A stretch of DNA of 64,000 nucleotides from Balanoglossus misakiensis. Lineage: Eukaryota > Animalia > Hemichordata. Below the pieces are notes generated by a model. It had not been told where the DNA came from. It worked only from the letters and a program-made list of their open reading frames with translations, and ran no database searches. The stretch lies in the NCBI GenBank assembly GCA_040954595.2, contig CM082577.2:18946303-19010302 (forward strand), written 5' to 3'. The translations under genes and the position numbers were made by a program. The first letter of the stretch is position 1, and every line of letters begins with the position of its first letter. Positions 28,424 to 44,632 of this stretch are shown piece by piece.

Positions 28424-29182
28424 TTAAAGCAATAGGTACATTTTAAGTATACCTAAATAGTACCTATTTAGTCCGGGAAAGTATACCTTAGGTATATTTC
28501 TAGTGTACTTGAATTTCGTAAGGGTGTTCCTGCACACCACCCTATTGCTGCACAATTCCTGCACACCACCCTATTGCTGCACAGTTCCTGCACAGGCCAC
28601 CCTATTGCTGCACAGTTCCTGCACACAGGCCATCTTACTACTGCACAGTTCTTGCAGACTGTCCTATTCCTGCACAGTTACCGCTTGCCTTGTTCCTGCA
28701 CTAGTGCAGCAACACCTCATTTGCATGCGAAAAAGTCGCCTTGCAGCAGAGCTGCAGCAACTTTCTATTGCACCGGTGCTGCAACCTTGTGGTATTGCTA
28801 CTGCACCAGTGCAGCAACACTGTGCAGGAGGCCTTAAATTTTCATAAGGGCTATAGGTATGCACATAATTAATGATGTTTGAATATGATACTAGAAATGT
28901 ACAGTACACTGATACACTGATCAGCTGACCTTTTGTTTACGCATACGCCATTGCTCAGTTCTCGATCTGTCTCCGAGTCTGAATTTTTCGCACCTATAGA
29001 TTTTAAAGATTTTTGAAGTCTGCAAATTCACTGGCATTGACAAAACTATAACATAATAAGTATAATGTACGCCCCATAATGTACTCGGCATTCGCCTCGC
29101 ACATTATGTTGCACAATGTGTGCTTTCGTCCATTATGGGTCTTCAGGGCGTACATTATTCTCTAACCAATGATCATTGCTCA

Positions 29183-29341
<159 letters not shown>

Positions 29342-29498
29342 CTTAAAGTACCATGGAATCATAGAACAATGAACTCACTGTGTTGTAATGTCCATTTTCT
29401 CTTTTGGTGATTTTTTTATCAAAGTGTCACACACCCCAGCATGCAAGAAATTTCTCAATATATATACTGCTACCGCAGCAAAACATACCACTACTTTT

Positions 29499-29626
29499 AA
29501 TATCCACCACCTGAGACACCTCTCTCTGTGCGTTTTTGGCTTCGGAAACGAAGCAAAAAATATACTCGATGTTGGGTCAAGGTACCTTTCATCCGATTTA
29601 CACGTCCCCCAGGCGCATCTCTTCAC
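29499..29626 (-). pseudogene. THAP fragment copy
   Basis: As 386-513. Confidence 0.75.
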
Positions 29627-31055
29627 TATTCTGGCCGATATTTTAAAACCATTAAGTTCCTAAAACTGAAAAAAAACTTCCAGTCTGTCTATCTCTAACT
29701 GAGCGTGTACTGTAGGCTGGGCCATGTTGTTGATTATATGTGGGACAAAATGGCGGTTGTATGAACAGCATGACTTTTCTCGGCTCTGATTGGCTGAGGG
29801 TTCAGTGTGATTGACAGCTGTGGAACCATGAATTGTAAGGAAGCCTTGTGCCTTTTACCAGGCACCCGCTTGCGTGAACACACCTCACATGAATGCACCC
29901 ACGATCTGACATTTACGGACATGCCATGCCAGTAATACCTCTGCCTCACCTTGTCAAGTGTTTTTGTCATCCCTAAGTGACCACCTGCGTTTGCATCATG
30001 CAACCCTCCAATCACCACATTATGACACACTTTAGGCAGAATTAATTGCCATTTCACTAAAGTCCCATCAGCCGACTCCCATCTCCTGAACAGCACACCC
30101 CTGTAGACTATCAATTGTTCATACATAGCCCAGTATGCCTTCGTGGCTGCCGAACACGGAGAGATCTCATTCCAGTCTAGTCGACTTTCCCTCCCCTCCC
30201 TAGCCTTCAAGACAACTGAAATATCAGGATCACTAAGTTGACAATCTCTAAGCTTTTCACTGGACCAAACGACTTCCCTGGCAACAACCTCTGCCTTTGT
30301 TGCCAAGGCATTCTCCCCAATGCCCTCCGCGGTTGGCCAGTCCTGCTCATCACAGCTGCCAGGATCAAAATTTTCCCAATCACCTGGACAGCTGTCCTTG
30401 TTGTCATAGCCGTATCAAACAATCTGCAAACCTCTACTTTGGCATTTTTGTCCTGAGAACTGTCATCTAGTCTATCAGTCCCTCCACACTCTGGTAGTTC
30501 ACGGTACAACTGTTCGGACCGTACAACACTATTTTGTCTCATCGATGGAGATTTGCATTCAAACTCTGGTGCAAGTGGATTCAACGCACCTGTACCATTA
30601 GTGGTGGTTGGTTCGTGTGCCATACCACACTGTTTGCACTCACGCACTGGTTTCCGAGATAGCGCATCAGCATTTCCATGGCGTACACCGGGACGATGGA
30701 TACAGGTATAGTCAAAGCGACCGAGCGTCTCTAACCACCTAGCCAACTGCCCCTCTGGGTTCTTGAAATTAAGCAACCACACTAATGCAGCATGGTCAGT
30801 CCTCAGTGTGAATTTCTGGCCCAGTAAGTAGTGTTTGAAGTATTTTGTGTACTCGATTACAGCCAACAGTTCACGACGCGTTACACAGTACTTCCTTTCA
30901 GCACCCGATAGCACTCGGCCCGCATAACTAACAGGTCTCTCTGGGCCACCCTGTACTTGGCTCAACACTGCCCCTATGCCAATACCGCTAGCATCTGTAT
31001 CCAGTATGAACACACCCTTTTCCATCGGAAAAGCCAAAACTGGTGCCGATGTTAG

Positions 31056-32869
31056 CAGGGTTTTACATGACGCGCATTTCTGCGTCCTTTACGCACAAAA
31101 CTGGGCGTGGGACCCGTCAAAAACTAAACCATGCGTCCCTTGGGACGCATGAAATATGTCTGTTGTTGAGACCCTTGTTGCGCGTTTCCTGATATCTAAT
31201 GGGTGTACGCGTACACAGAGAGTCAATTGAGGTAGTTGGAAAGGCTAGGGCGTCAGTTAAAATTTCATTTAAAAACACTGAATTTATATCTAGAAATGTA
31301 TTAGAGAAAAATTAAACTTATGAAAAATTCGGGCAATAAACGTGTAACAAGATATGGCTGGTGTTATGATACCTAATTTCATACATCTGGCAAGGAAGCT
31401 AGGGAGCCTTATTTGAGCGCCCTCTTGGGGAAGACTTCTCCTAGGCGATGTGCACAAGGACGGGTTCCCCTAGCCAAGGGCATTTAAATGTAACTTGCAA
31501 ACACTGATTCTTGCAATTTTCAGCGATAGATAACCTTGCTTGTTTATTAAAGGCTGCCAAATTATGGACATTTTTGCATTTCTAGGGAACCGGAAAGGCC
31601 AGCGGAAAAGCGTTTGACCCAGATAAATGCGATCCTTCGCCGTGAACTGCCGCTAAACTTTGCGTATTTCGCTACTTTTCTGCCCTTCGCCGGAATGTTA
31701 TGGTTTTTATTTGTGATTGAATTGGTATGCCAGATATTTTTTTTATCATGAAACTTTCAGGAAAGGCTCGGGACATCCCAAAGAACAATTTTACGGGACA
31801 GTTTTTTCATAAGTTTTCCCGTTGTGTTTTGGCAGCACGTTAAAGTTGTATACAAAATATCAACAAAAACTGTGTTTTCCTGAGTGATAACTTTGAAAAA
31901 AATAAGTTTTTGCTGAAAGTGTCCCATACATTGCTGGAGGGGTTGCTTCATATAAAAATGAATACAAATTATTCAATAATTTGTGAAAACATGTCAAGAT
32001 TCAATCAATATTTTGTAAAATTATGAATATTTATATTTAGGCGTATCAAATTTCATAATTTTAGCAGATATTTTTACAGTCATATTTTTCCCTCACTTTT
32101 TAGTTTGTTAAGAATACATGCTGCAAATTTCAAGTCATTATCTTTATTCTAACTTGTGAAAATAAATTCACAAACATTGAGAGAATTTGCTTCAGAAATA
32201 GCCTTTCCAACTACTACAGTTAATGACCTTATGACCTGTAATCGATACTGATAACAGTTTCATAGCAAACTTGTAGCAAACTTGGTTTATTGTTGAATTT
32301 GATACAGTTTACGTACACCCTCTTGGGAATTATAAGTTACACTGCGATATCACGCCTATATCGCACTTTGCTGTGTGCAAGCAGTGAACTACCGTGACTC
32401 CTATTGCTCTGAAACCAACTCCGTCCATGAGTACCAGCAGTCTTAGTTTTGTTGAAAACCCTGAACTTAAAGTTAAACTTTAAATATAGATTCAGCTGCA
32501 AATTTCTCGAATAAGACTTTAAGAAGACCAAGTTGAGTGTACATGTACTGGTATTCTCCATATTATATGCTTTAGGTCAAAGGGTCACTCATAAGGTGAT
32601 GTTCAAGATGGGACCCCTAGCCATACTACAGTTGATCTTGGAATTACTCCCTATATCTTGTAGACAATATCATTTTATGATTTGGATTGGTATTGATTCT
32701 TACAACCGTTGCCCATTCACAGAAGGATTTTCTAATTTCCAGCATTAATAAAATGATAAAATATTCTGGTGAAATAAATTGGGACCCCCATGGTTTGATG
32801 TAGGACCCCCATTTTTCAACATTAGGAGTCCCAGGGACTCCCAAAAGTAAAAAGTGATGTAAAACCCTG
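31056..32869. mobile_element. Non-autonomous hAT-like element, 1814 bp
   Basis: 13-bp TIR CAGGGTTTTACAT. 6-bp TSD TGTTAG (31050-31055, 32870-32875). GGGAC/GTCCC subterminal repeats. Confidence 0.85.
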
Positions 32870-33873
32870 TGTTAGTCTTGCCTTGAGCTGATCAAATGCG
32901 TTTTGACAATTCTCTGTCCAAGCAAATACAGAATCTTTCTTTGTTAAGTCATGAAGAGGACGGGCCAATTCAGCAAACCCCTGTACAAAGCGTCTGTAGT
33001 ATGACGCCAGCCCCAAGAAGCTTCTTACTTCTGTGACTGTCTCAGGAATCGGCCAGTCTCTAATAGCCTTGACCTTTCCTGGATCAGTAGCAACCCCTTC
33101 CCGAGAAACACGATGCCCCAAAAACTCAACACTGCGTGCAAAAAGCACACACTTACTCGGCTTTAATTTGAGATTTGAAGTACGAAGACGTTCAAATACC
33201 TTGCACAACCTTTCCAACTCTTCATCAAATGATCTGCCAAATATTATGTCATCTAGATACAAAAGCGGTATTTCCCACTGCATACCGGTAAAGACGCGCT
33301 CCATCAGACGTTCAAATGTACTAGGGGCATTACACAACCCAAACGGGAGCACCCTCCACTGATAGAGTCCACTGCGCGTGACAAATGCGTTCTTTACTTT
33401 AGATCCCTCGTCCAGTTCTACCTGCCAATACCCTGCTTGGAGGTCTAGCGTAGAAAACCATTCCGACCCGTACAATGCATCTAAAGAATCGTTTATTCGT
33501 GGTATAGGGTAGGCATCTTTAATTGACACAGCGTTCAATTTTCTATAATCAACGCACAATCTTTGTGACCCATCTTTCTTACTATTAAGTACACACGGGG
33601 CTGCCCATGGACTAGTTGATTCTTCTATCAAACCCCGCTGTAACAAGTCAGAAACCTGTCGTTCTATTTCTTCCCGTTTCCATACCGGAGTTCGATATGC
33701 GGGTTGCCTTACTGGCGTGGCATTATTGGTTTCAATTTTATGCCGAATGATCCCAGTTTTACCAATATCATGATCTCCCTGACTAAACACATCATGGTAC
33801 AGTGTCAACATCTTTGAAACCCTTTCTTGTTGGTAAACTGATCAATTTTTGCAACTTCTTGGGTATAAATCCA

Positions 33874-34791
33874 CTACATGACCTGGAAGAGGAACATTGC
33901 TCCCAGGGCAGGCTTTTGCCTCTTCAGTGCCAGAGGGCGCTCTATCACTGTCAGTACCCCAAGATTCAACTGCACACTGATCGGCTCGGAGTAACTCACA
34001 ACAGTACCAGCCCTCACATGTACAGGTTCAACACTAGCATTGAGAACTCTAACTGGTAAATGGGTAGATCTCGTGGTCACTAAAGCTTTACATGTCATAA
34101 TGCCTTGCTCCAGCAATTTACCCCCTTGTACTGGTAACACAACCGCTGTAAGACAAGTATCCGGGGAAGACTTATCTGTTCTCCCCACCCAGGTCGAATG
34201 AATTCTCATTCCCTGTGCACACCCACTTCCAACCTTTGCTGGTCCCGCAAACCAAGGTTCACTGGCGATGGGAGTCTTACACATTTTAGCCGGAATAATC
34301 ATTTCATGTCCAGGGGGAACAAAAACGTCTCCCGCTACCTTTACACGACAAATGAACGGTTTCATTGTACCAGTGTTACTACATTTCAACCATTCCCCTT
34401 TAATGACTAGCTCCCCTGTCCCTGTATCAATAATACACCCAATTGAATGTAGAAAGCTCATACCAATAATGCCATCAGAGCATAGTTCAGCTACTAATAC
34501 CGGAGAGATAGCCCTAGCCCCACCCAAGCAGATATCTAGGTTAACAACTCCACTAACCATAAGTGGTGTACCATCAGCTTGGTTCACCTTTACATTTATT
34601 GGTTGCAATGCACCGTGAACTCCCACTGAAATTTTCCTATACATTTCTTCTGATATCACCATATCAGTTGCTCCTGTATCAACCAGAAAATTCCCCGATA
34701 CACCACCGGCAGAGGCCTGTATGTACATACTTCTGACACTTGTATTGTTATTAGCCGGTTGAATTTCCCTAATATTTCCAGTAGTCTGCAC
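33874..34791 (-). pseudogene. Gypsy protease region, copy 3
   Basis: DTGA motif. Confidence 0.9.
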
Positions 34792-34862
34792 ACACTGATC
34801 AACTGCCTCCCCTTTGGGTCCATACTGGTTGGCTGAGGGTTGACCCGACTTCCGCTCAGCCC

Positions 34863-35576
34863 CTAATCGTTTCCCGAAACCTTGGGTCGGGTGGGACAGT
34901 CCCGCTTCAGATGCCCTGATTCATTACAGTGCCAACACAAACGGCCACCAGAGGGCGCACCACTCTGAGCTTGTCCAGATGGGTTTTTTATACTAGTGTT
35001 GACAACACGGGCCTTAACCTTTTGGTCAAGTTCAGCTAATTTGTCGGTGATCAAATCAACTTTGTTTGCTATCACCCCTATCACTGACTCCAGAGTCTGA
35101 GCCATTTTTGCGTCACCCGCTTCAATACCTCTCACTTGTTTACCCAACCCTTTATTGGTTTCAGGGCCACGGCTTTTCTCTAATAACTGAAAATTCTCTT
35201 CCCAAACTGTAGCCTGTATAACGTCGTCAAGTGTGGCACTGGGGGTCCTACCCGCTTCATTAACACGCCTACGCATAGCAGAATCAGTCAATGAATTGAA
35301 AAATGCGTCTATACATAGCCGTTCGAATATGTGACCTTTGGCATCAGGGTACCCAAGTGTTACCATTTCCCTGATATCCTGTCCAAGCCCACTTAGAGAC
35401 TCGCTGGGCTTGAGTACTCTTTGTCTTAATTTTAAACGATAGGTGTCTTCCTGTCTCCCAAAACCAAATCTATGATCTAGTAGTTTGCACAGTTTCTGGT
35501 ATGTCAATGACTTTCTGTCAATTGATGTTAACAGCCGCTGGGCTGCCCCATACAACATGGCTTGGAGATACTTCAA
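34863..35576 (-). pseudogene. gag: Gypsy gag, copy 3
   Basis: CCHC knuckle. Confidence 0.9.
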
Positions 35577-37838
35577 CTTTTCAACCTCTCTCCACTCATT
35601 TTTTTCCGCATAAATTTCAAAGTGTGCGAAATAATCATGCCATGCAAGCGATCCATCATACTTATCAGGCTTAAGTATGGACCCGTGTTTACCTGTACAT
35701 GATTTGCTATAGAACCTTCACTACGCACGGCGATATACCGCAGTGCAAAATCGGTCAGTCAATAGTTAAATCACTTCACTGGAGAACACACAATTTCCAT
35801 CCTCCTGAACCAAATACCTAGAAAACCCTAGCTAAACCTTGGAATCGAATTTCCTAACAGACTATCGTTGTTTCCCGTTCCGGCAGATAATTGTTTAGCT
35901 ACCGTGTAGAGCGGGTAGATGAATCCACCCACATAAGGAGTATGCCCCCGGCCCTACGCGGTTTGTGCAACGTGCCGGATCGAACAACAACGACGTCTAC
36001 CCAGTATGCAAGATGGCTACAATATGGTGCCAAAACGCATACACTCGCCTACACTAACAGAGTTACTTACAGCAGATCTGGAAACCGATGCGTTCACCAT
36101 GCAGTACAACTATCCCAACCTCTGCACACCAATGTTGTAGTTTTCTCAGCGTAGCTAGATTTCTCGTCGTGGACCCGGTAATGGTAGCGTCGCCCACGAT
36201 GAAATCCTCCCGTACACTTCGACTGGACTACCAACCACCTCGACAGGGTCGGATCGCTTGGAATAGTTGTCAGTGAACACCCTCTCACATGTACATTGAC
36301 TCAGCGCAACACAAGCCGGAACAATTAACAAGAACAACGGATTTATGTGTATTTCGACTGTGTTACAAACTTTCACGTCTGCCCAGTTCGGAGGTGGAAA
36401 CCCAAGAGAGCGAGAATGAGGTGAATCCTCAGCAAAAGTAGCCCGCCCCAACTATTACCCAATCAGCACGAATGTGAAGTTCACAGTTCCAGCCTGCTTC
36501 CTGAGGCTCAAGCAGCGGTAACTTTGCAAGGTTTTCCATGACATTATTGTGATATATAGGTGAGAAATATATTGGAAAATGTCTTCATTACAAAAATATG
36601 TCGTGAAATTATTGACTAGCAAGAACCATGTGTATATGTATGGCCAAGGGGAAATTTTTAACTTCTAGTTCTGAACATTAACGTTATTGCGCAGGCTACT
36701 GTAACCACAGTCAAATAATACATACAATTTTCTGTTGCACCAGTGCTTTGACCTTACAGTAATTAATTACTACTACACAGGTCAGGAACACTGAGAAGGC
36801 GGCCTTAAATTATGCATTTGGTATTGGTACATTTCGGATATATCTAAATTGTACCAATTTTAGTCTAGAAATATGTATACCTTAGGTAGCTTTTGTTTTC
36901 AAACAAATGGTTCATTAGGTATACCTAAATTATGGTTCATTGGGTATACCTATTTATGGCAAAACGACCAAATCCAAGATTTTTTTTCCAACCGAATGAG
37001 GCATTTCAGGAATACCTAAATAGTACCTTTTCAATCGAAAAAGTATACTTTTGGAATACCAATTGGTAAATTTAAAGACCAAATCTGGACTACCTAAGGT
37101 AGCCTTTTTTAAAGCAATAGGTACATTTTAAGTATACCTAAATAGTACCTATTTAGTCCGGGAAAGTATACCTAAGGTATATTTCTAGTGTACCAGAATT
37201 TCGTAAGGGTGTTCCTGCACACCACCCTATTGCTGCACAGTTCCTGCACAGGCCACCCTATTGCTGCACAGTTCCTGCACACAGGCCATCTTACTACTGC
37301 ACAGTTCTTGCAGACTGTCCTATTCCTGCACAGTTACCGCTTGCCTTGTTCCTGCACTAGTGCAGCAACACCTCATTTGCATGTGAAAAAGTCGCCTTGC
37401 AGCAGAGCTGCAGCAACTTTCTATTGCACCGGTGCTGCAACCGTGTGGTATTGCTACTGCACCAGTGCAGCAACACTGTGCAGGAGGCCTTAAATTTTCA
37501 TAAGGGCTATAGGTATGCACATAATTAATGATGTTTGAATATGATACTAGAAATGTACAGTACACTGATACACTGATCAGCTGACCTTTTGTTTACGCAT
37601 ACGCCATTGCTCCGTTCTCGATCTGTCTCCGAGTCTGAATTTTTCGCACCTATAGATTTTAAAGATTTTTGAAGTCTGCAAATTCACTGGCATTGACAAA
37701 ACTATAACATAATAAGTATAATGTACGCCCCATAATGTACTCGGCATTCGCCTCGCACATTATGTTGCACAATGTGTGCTTTCGTCCATTATGGGTCTTC
37801 GGGGCGTACATTATTCTCTAACCAATGATCATTGCTCA

Positions 37839-38276
<438 letters not shown>

Positions 38277-38455
38277 CTGTTGAGGGTAAAGTAGAGAACA
38301 CAAGTGATTTGGCTTACAGACTGACCAACACAGACGTGGACAAGGGTGTTATGTCCATGAAAATCTACATAAATATGTACATTCGCAATGGCAGAATTCA
38401 TGAATGTTCCTGCAAACATCTTCAAAGAGCTACCTTGACTACCCAGTGACATTAA

Positions 38456-39078
38456 CCCTTTGAACCCCGCTCGGAGGTTTACCGCCGCAGGATGACCTTT
38501 TGACCCCTAATTTTTCAATATGCTGACGTCAAGGCATTTTCCCGCCGACATTGTAAATCCAGCCATATGAAAGCAAGTTAGAAAGCTAGGGGACCCTAAT
38601 GTGACCTTCCAAATGACTTGAAATCGATTCCTATGCGAGCGACTACATAAAAAATAGTGATATCCAAGCAGCGATTTTTAGCGAAAGTTGACAGAGATTT
38701 AAAAATGGCGACCCGACGACAGTTACGCATTGATCCATTGCAAGACGAGTTTGCTTTCTGGGCTCATTTTGACCGAGTACTAGTAGATAGTAGCTCAGAA
38801 AGTGAAGATGAAGAACAAGACCAGCCTGACATCGTTATGGACCAAGATGGTGACCCCAACCGCACGAACGATGAAGAAGAATTTGAGCCAGAGCCCGCGA
38901 TCCAGCCACCCCCACCAGTTCGGCAACGAGTGAGAAGACTGCCCCGTGCCCGCGAAGTAAACCCACCACCTATGATATGGCAGGGCAACATAATAAACGG
39001 TAGGCAGGCTCCTATTTATAATCAACGACGTGGACCGACGAGACAAATGCCAGCTGACAGTACACCATTAGATTATTT
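38456..39078 (+). mobile_element. piggyBac 5' fragment copy
   Basis: As 7528-8150. Confidence 0.8.
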
Positions 39079-39912
39079 TCGGACATAAAGTCATCGTCAT
39101 AGTCGTGTCGTGTCACAATCATTATTTTGGACATATGCTTACTGTGTGATGAAAGGTGAGAGCGCAGTCAAAAGGTCGGGCTGAATAATACAGAGACTCT
39201 GAAAATATTGTACCTTATTCTTATCAAACACGTTGATGGATATTTTGACAATTGTGACATGTGAACATTTACAAAAAAATGAAATAAATTTGCTTCAAAC
39301 TCATTGGCAAAACAAGGACATGGAGTTGCTGTATATTTGTTATTATTGTGATATATAGGTGAGAAATATATTGGAAAATGTCTTCATTACAAAAATATGT
39401 CGTGAAATTATTGACTAGCAAGAACCATGTGTATATGTATGGCCAAGGGGAAATTTTTAACTTCTAGTTCTGAACATTAACGTTATTGCGCAGGCTACTG
39501 TAACCACATTCAAATAATACATACAATTTTCTGTTACACCAGTGCTTTGACCTTACAGTAATTAATTACTACTACACAGGTCAGGAACACTGAGAAGGAG
39601 GCCTTAAATTATGCATTTGGAATTGGTACATTTCAAATATATCTAAATTGTACCAATTTTAGTCTAGAAATATGTATACCTTAGGTAGCTTTTGTTTTCA
39701 AACAAATGGTTCATTAGGTATACCTAAATTATGGTTCATTTGGTATACCTATTTATGGCAAAACGACCAAATCCAAGATTTTTTTTCCAACCTATTGAGG
39801 CATTTCAGGAATACCTAAATAGTACCTTTTCAATCGAAAAAGTATACTTTTGGTATACGAATTAGTAAATTTAAAGACCAAATCTGGACTACCTAAGGTA
39901 GCCCTTTTTTAA

Positions 39913-40332
39913 GATGGGTCCCCGGGATCTTTTTGCCCGTTGCTATGGGCCTTTATAGGACACTACACTCAATTTTGATCGAAACCGTTATGAACGTCCG
40001 ACAAGGGGCTTGTAACTAGTTAAAAATACACACGATTGTGTGCACACCCCCTGTCCGAGTATGTTTACGGCAGCTACCGCCCGGCCATAGGCCGCCACGC
40101 TAATACGGCAAAGCAGCGGTCAGCGATAGCGTGCGCGTCCTGTAACCACAGTAACTGGATCGAACGCTAAAAATCCAATGTTTCAGTTTTGTACACCAGT
40201 TGAGATTTTGTACCGTTCACGAAAATCCCTAAGGCTTTTTTCATAGGCCACGTACGCCAGTCAAATTTGACCTGCTTGTTGAGAACGCACTTCCGCACAG
40301 TGTGACGGATCGTTTTTTCGGTTTTCGTCGTG
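39913..40332. mobile_element. Kolobok-like MITE, truncated by the inversion breakpoint
   Basis: Left TIR only; ends at the TCGTG junction. Confidence 0.85.
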
Positions 40333-40835
40333 ACCTGTGTAGTAGTAATTAATTACTGTAAGGTCAAAGCACTGGTGCAACAGAAAATTGTATGTATTAT
40401 TTGAATGTGGTTACAGTAGCCTGCGCAATAACGTTAATGTTCAGAACTAGAAGTTAAAAATTTCCCCTTGGCCATACATATACACATGGTTCTTGCTAGT
40501 CAATAATTTCACGACATATTTTTGTAATGAAGACATTTTCCAATATATTTCTCACCTATATATCACAATAATAACAAATATACAGCAACTCCATGTCCTT
40601 GTTTTGCCAATGAGTTTGAAGCAAATTTATTTCATTTTTTTGTAAATGTTCACATGTCACAATTGTCAAAATATCCATCAACGTGTTTGATAAGAATAAG
40701 GTACAATATTTTCAGAGTCTCTGTATTATTCAGCCCGACCTTTTGACTGCGCTCTCACCTTTCATCACACAGTAAGCATATGTCCAAAATAATGATTGTG
40801 ACACGACACGACGATGACGATGACTTTATGTCCGA

Positions 40836-41458
40836 AAATAATCTAATGGTGTACTGTCAGCTGGCATTTGTCTCGTCGGTCCACGTCGTTGATTATAAAT
40901 AGGAGCCTGCCTACCGTTTATTATGTTGCCCTGCCATATCATAGGTGGTGGGTTTACTTCGCGGGCACGGGGCAGTCTTCTCACTCGTTGCCGAACTGGT
41001 GGGGGTGGCTGGATCGCGGGCTCTGGCTCAAATTCTTCTTCATCGTTCGCGCGGTTGGGGTCACCATCTTGGTCCATAACGATGTCAGGCTGGTCTTGTT
41101 CTTCATCTTCACTTTCTGAGCTACTATCTACTAGTACTCGGTCAAAATGAGCCCAGAAAGCATCCTCGTCTTGCAATGGATCAATGCGTAACTGTCGTCG
41201 GGTCGCCATTTTTAAATCTCTGTCAACTTTCGCTAAAAATCGCTGCTTGGATATCACTATTTTTTATGTAGTCGCTCGCATAGGAATCGATTTCAAGTCA
41301 TTTGGAAGGTCACATTAGGGTCCCCTAGCTTTCTAACTTGCTTTCATATGGCTGGATTTACAATGTCGGCGGGAAAATGCCTTGACGTCAGCATATTGAA
41401 AAATTAGGGGTCAAAAGGTCATCCTGCGGCGGTAAACCTCCGAGCGGGGTTCAAAGGG
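40836..41458 (-). mobile_element. piggyBac 5' fragment, inverted copy
   Basis: GGGGTTCAAAGGG|TTAA at 41446-41462. Confidence 0.8.
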
Positions 41459-41637
41459 TTAATGTCACTGGGTAGTCAAGGTAGCTCTTTGAAGATGTTT
41501 GCAGGAACATTCATGAATTCTGCCATTGCGAATGTACATATTTATGTAGATTTTCATGGACATAACACCCTTGTCCACGTCTGTGTTGGTCAGTCTGTAA
41601 GCCAAATCACTTGTGTTCTCTACTTTACCCTCAACAG

Positions 41638-42075
<438 letters not shown>

Positions 42076-43894
42076 TGAGCAATGATCATTGGTTAGAGAA
42101 TAATGTACGCCCCGAAGACCCATAATGGACGAAAGCACACATTGTGCAACATAATGTGTGAGGCGAATGCCGAGTACATTATGGGGCGTACATTATACTT
42201 ATTATGTTATAGTTTTGTCAATGCCAGTGAATTTGCAGACTTCAAAAATCTTTAAAATCTATAGGTGCGAAAAATTCAGACTCGGAGACAGATCGAGAAC
42301 GGAGCAATGGCGTATGCGTAAACAAAAGGTCAGCTGATCAGTGTATCAGTGTACTGTACATTTCTAGTATCATATTCAAACATCATTAATTATGTGCATA
42401 CCTATAGCCCTTATGAAAATTTAAGGCCTCCTGCACAGTGTTGCTGCAAGGGAAAATTTTTAACTTCTAGTTCTGAACATTAACGTTATTGCGCAGGCTA
42501 CTGTAACCACATTCAAATAATACATACAATTTTCTGTTGCACCAGTGCTTTGACCTTACAGTAATTAATTACTACTACACAGGTCACGAACACTGAGAAG
42601 GTGGCCTTAAATTATGCATTTACATTTGAGGATTTTTTGCCTATTTATTATGATGTAACTTTCAATATTTCTTGTTGTAGTATGAAATTTTCAATGTCAA
42701 AAAGTGATCAGACAACACCTGTAGCTAAAAATCTATTTGGTATTGGTACATTTCGGATATATCTAAATTGTACCAATTTTAGTCTAGAAATATGTATACC
42801 TTAGGTAGCTTTTGTTTTCAAACAAATGGTTCATTAGGTATACCTAAATTATGGTTCATTTGGTATACCTATTTATGGCAAAACGACCAAATCCAAGATT
42901 TTTTTTCCATCCGAATGAGGCATTTCAGGAATACCTAAATAGTACCTTTTCAATCGAAAAAGTATACTTTTGGTATACCAATTAGTAAATTTACAGACCA
43001 AATCTGGACTACCTAAGGTAGCCCTTTTTTAAAGCAATAGGTACATTTTAAGTATACCTAAATAGTACCTATTTAGTCCGGGAAAGTATACCTTAGGTAA
43101 ATGTAAATGCATAATTTAAGGCCGCCTTCTCAGTGTTCCTGACCTGTGTAGTAGTAATTAATTACTGTAAGATCAAAGCACTGGTGCAACAGAAAATTGT
43201 ATGTATTATTTGAATGTGGTTACAGTAACCTTCCCAATAACGTTAATATATACCTAGTGTACCAGAATTTCGTAAGGGTGTTCCTACACACCACCCTATT
43301 GCTGCACAGTTCCTGCACAGGCCACCCTATTGCTGCACAGTTCCTGCACACAGGCCATCTTACTACTGCACAGTTCTTGCAGACTGTCCTATTCCTGCAC
43401 AGTTACCGCTTGCCTTGTTCCTGCACTAGTGCAGCAACACCTCATTTGCATGCGAAAAAGTCGCCTTGCAGCAGAGCTGCAGCAACTTTCTATTGCACCG
43501 GTGCTGCAACCTTGTGGTATTGCTACTGCACCAGTGCAGCAACACTGTGCAGGAGGCCTTAAATTTTCATAAGGGCTATAGGTATGCACATAATTAATGA
43601 TGTTTGAATATGATACTAGAAATGTACAGTACACTGATACGCTGATCAGCTGACCTTTTGTTTACGCATACGCCATTGCTCCGTTCTCGATCTGTCTCCG
43701 AGTCTGAATTTTTCGCACCTATAGATTTTAAAGATTTTTGAAGTCTGCAAATTCACTAGCATTGACAAAACTATAACATAATAAGTATAATGTACGCCCC
43801 ATAATGTACTCGGCATTATGTTGCACAATGTGTGCTTTCGTCCATTATGGGTCTTCGGGGCGTACATTATTCTCTAACCAATGATCATTGCTCA

Positions 43895-44373
<479 letters not shown>

Positions 44374-44529
44374 CTGTTGAGGGTAAAGTAGAGACTAACC
44401 AACACAGACGTGGACAAGGGTGTTATGTCCATGAAAATCTACCTAAATATGTACATTCGCAATGGCAGAATTCATGAATGTTCCTGCAAACATCTTCAAA
44501 GAGCTACCTTGACTACCCAGTGACATTAA

Positions 44530-44626
44530 CCCTTTGAACCCCGCTCGGAGGTTTACCGCCGCAGGATGACCTTTTGACCCCTAATTTTTCAATATGCTGA
44601 CGTCAAGGCATTTTCCCGCCGACATT
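44530..44626 (+). mobile_element. piggyBac terminus only, deleted into the MITE flank
   Basis: TTAA|CCCTTTG...GCCGACATT fused to TTTTAAGATGGG. Confidence 0.75.
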
Positions 44627-44632
44627 TTTTAA

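Larger units (their letters stand above)
29831..36543 (-). mobile_element. Gypsy copy 3 (LTR 36133-36543), pol split by a hAT-like insertion
   Basis: RT 32870-33811 and RNase H 30207-31055 flank the insertion. Confidence 0.96.
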
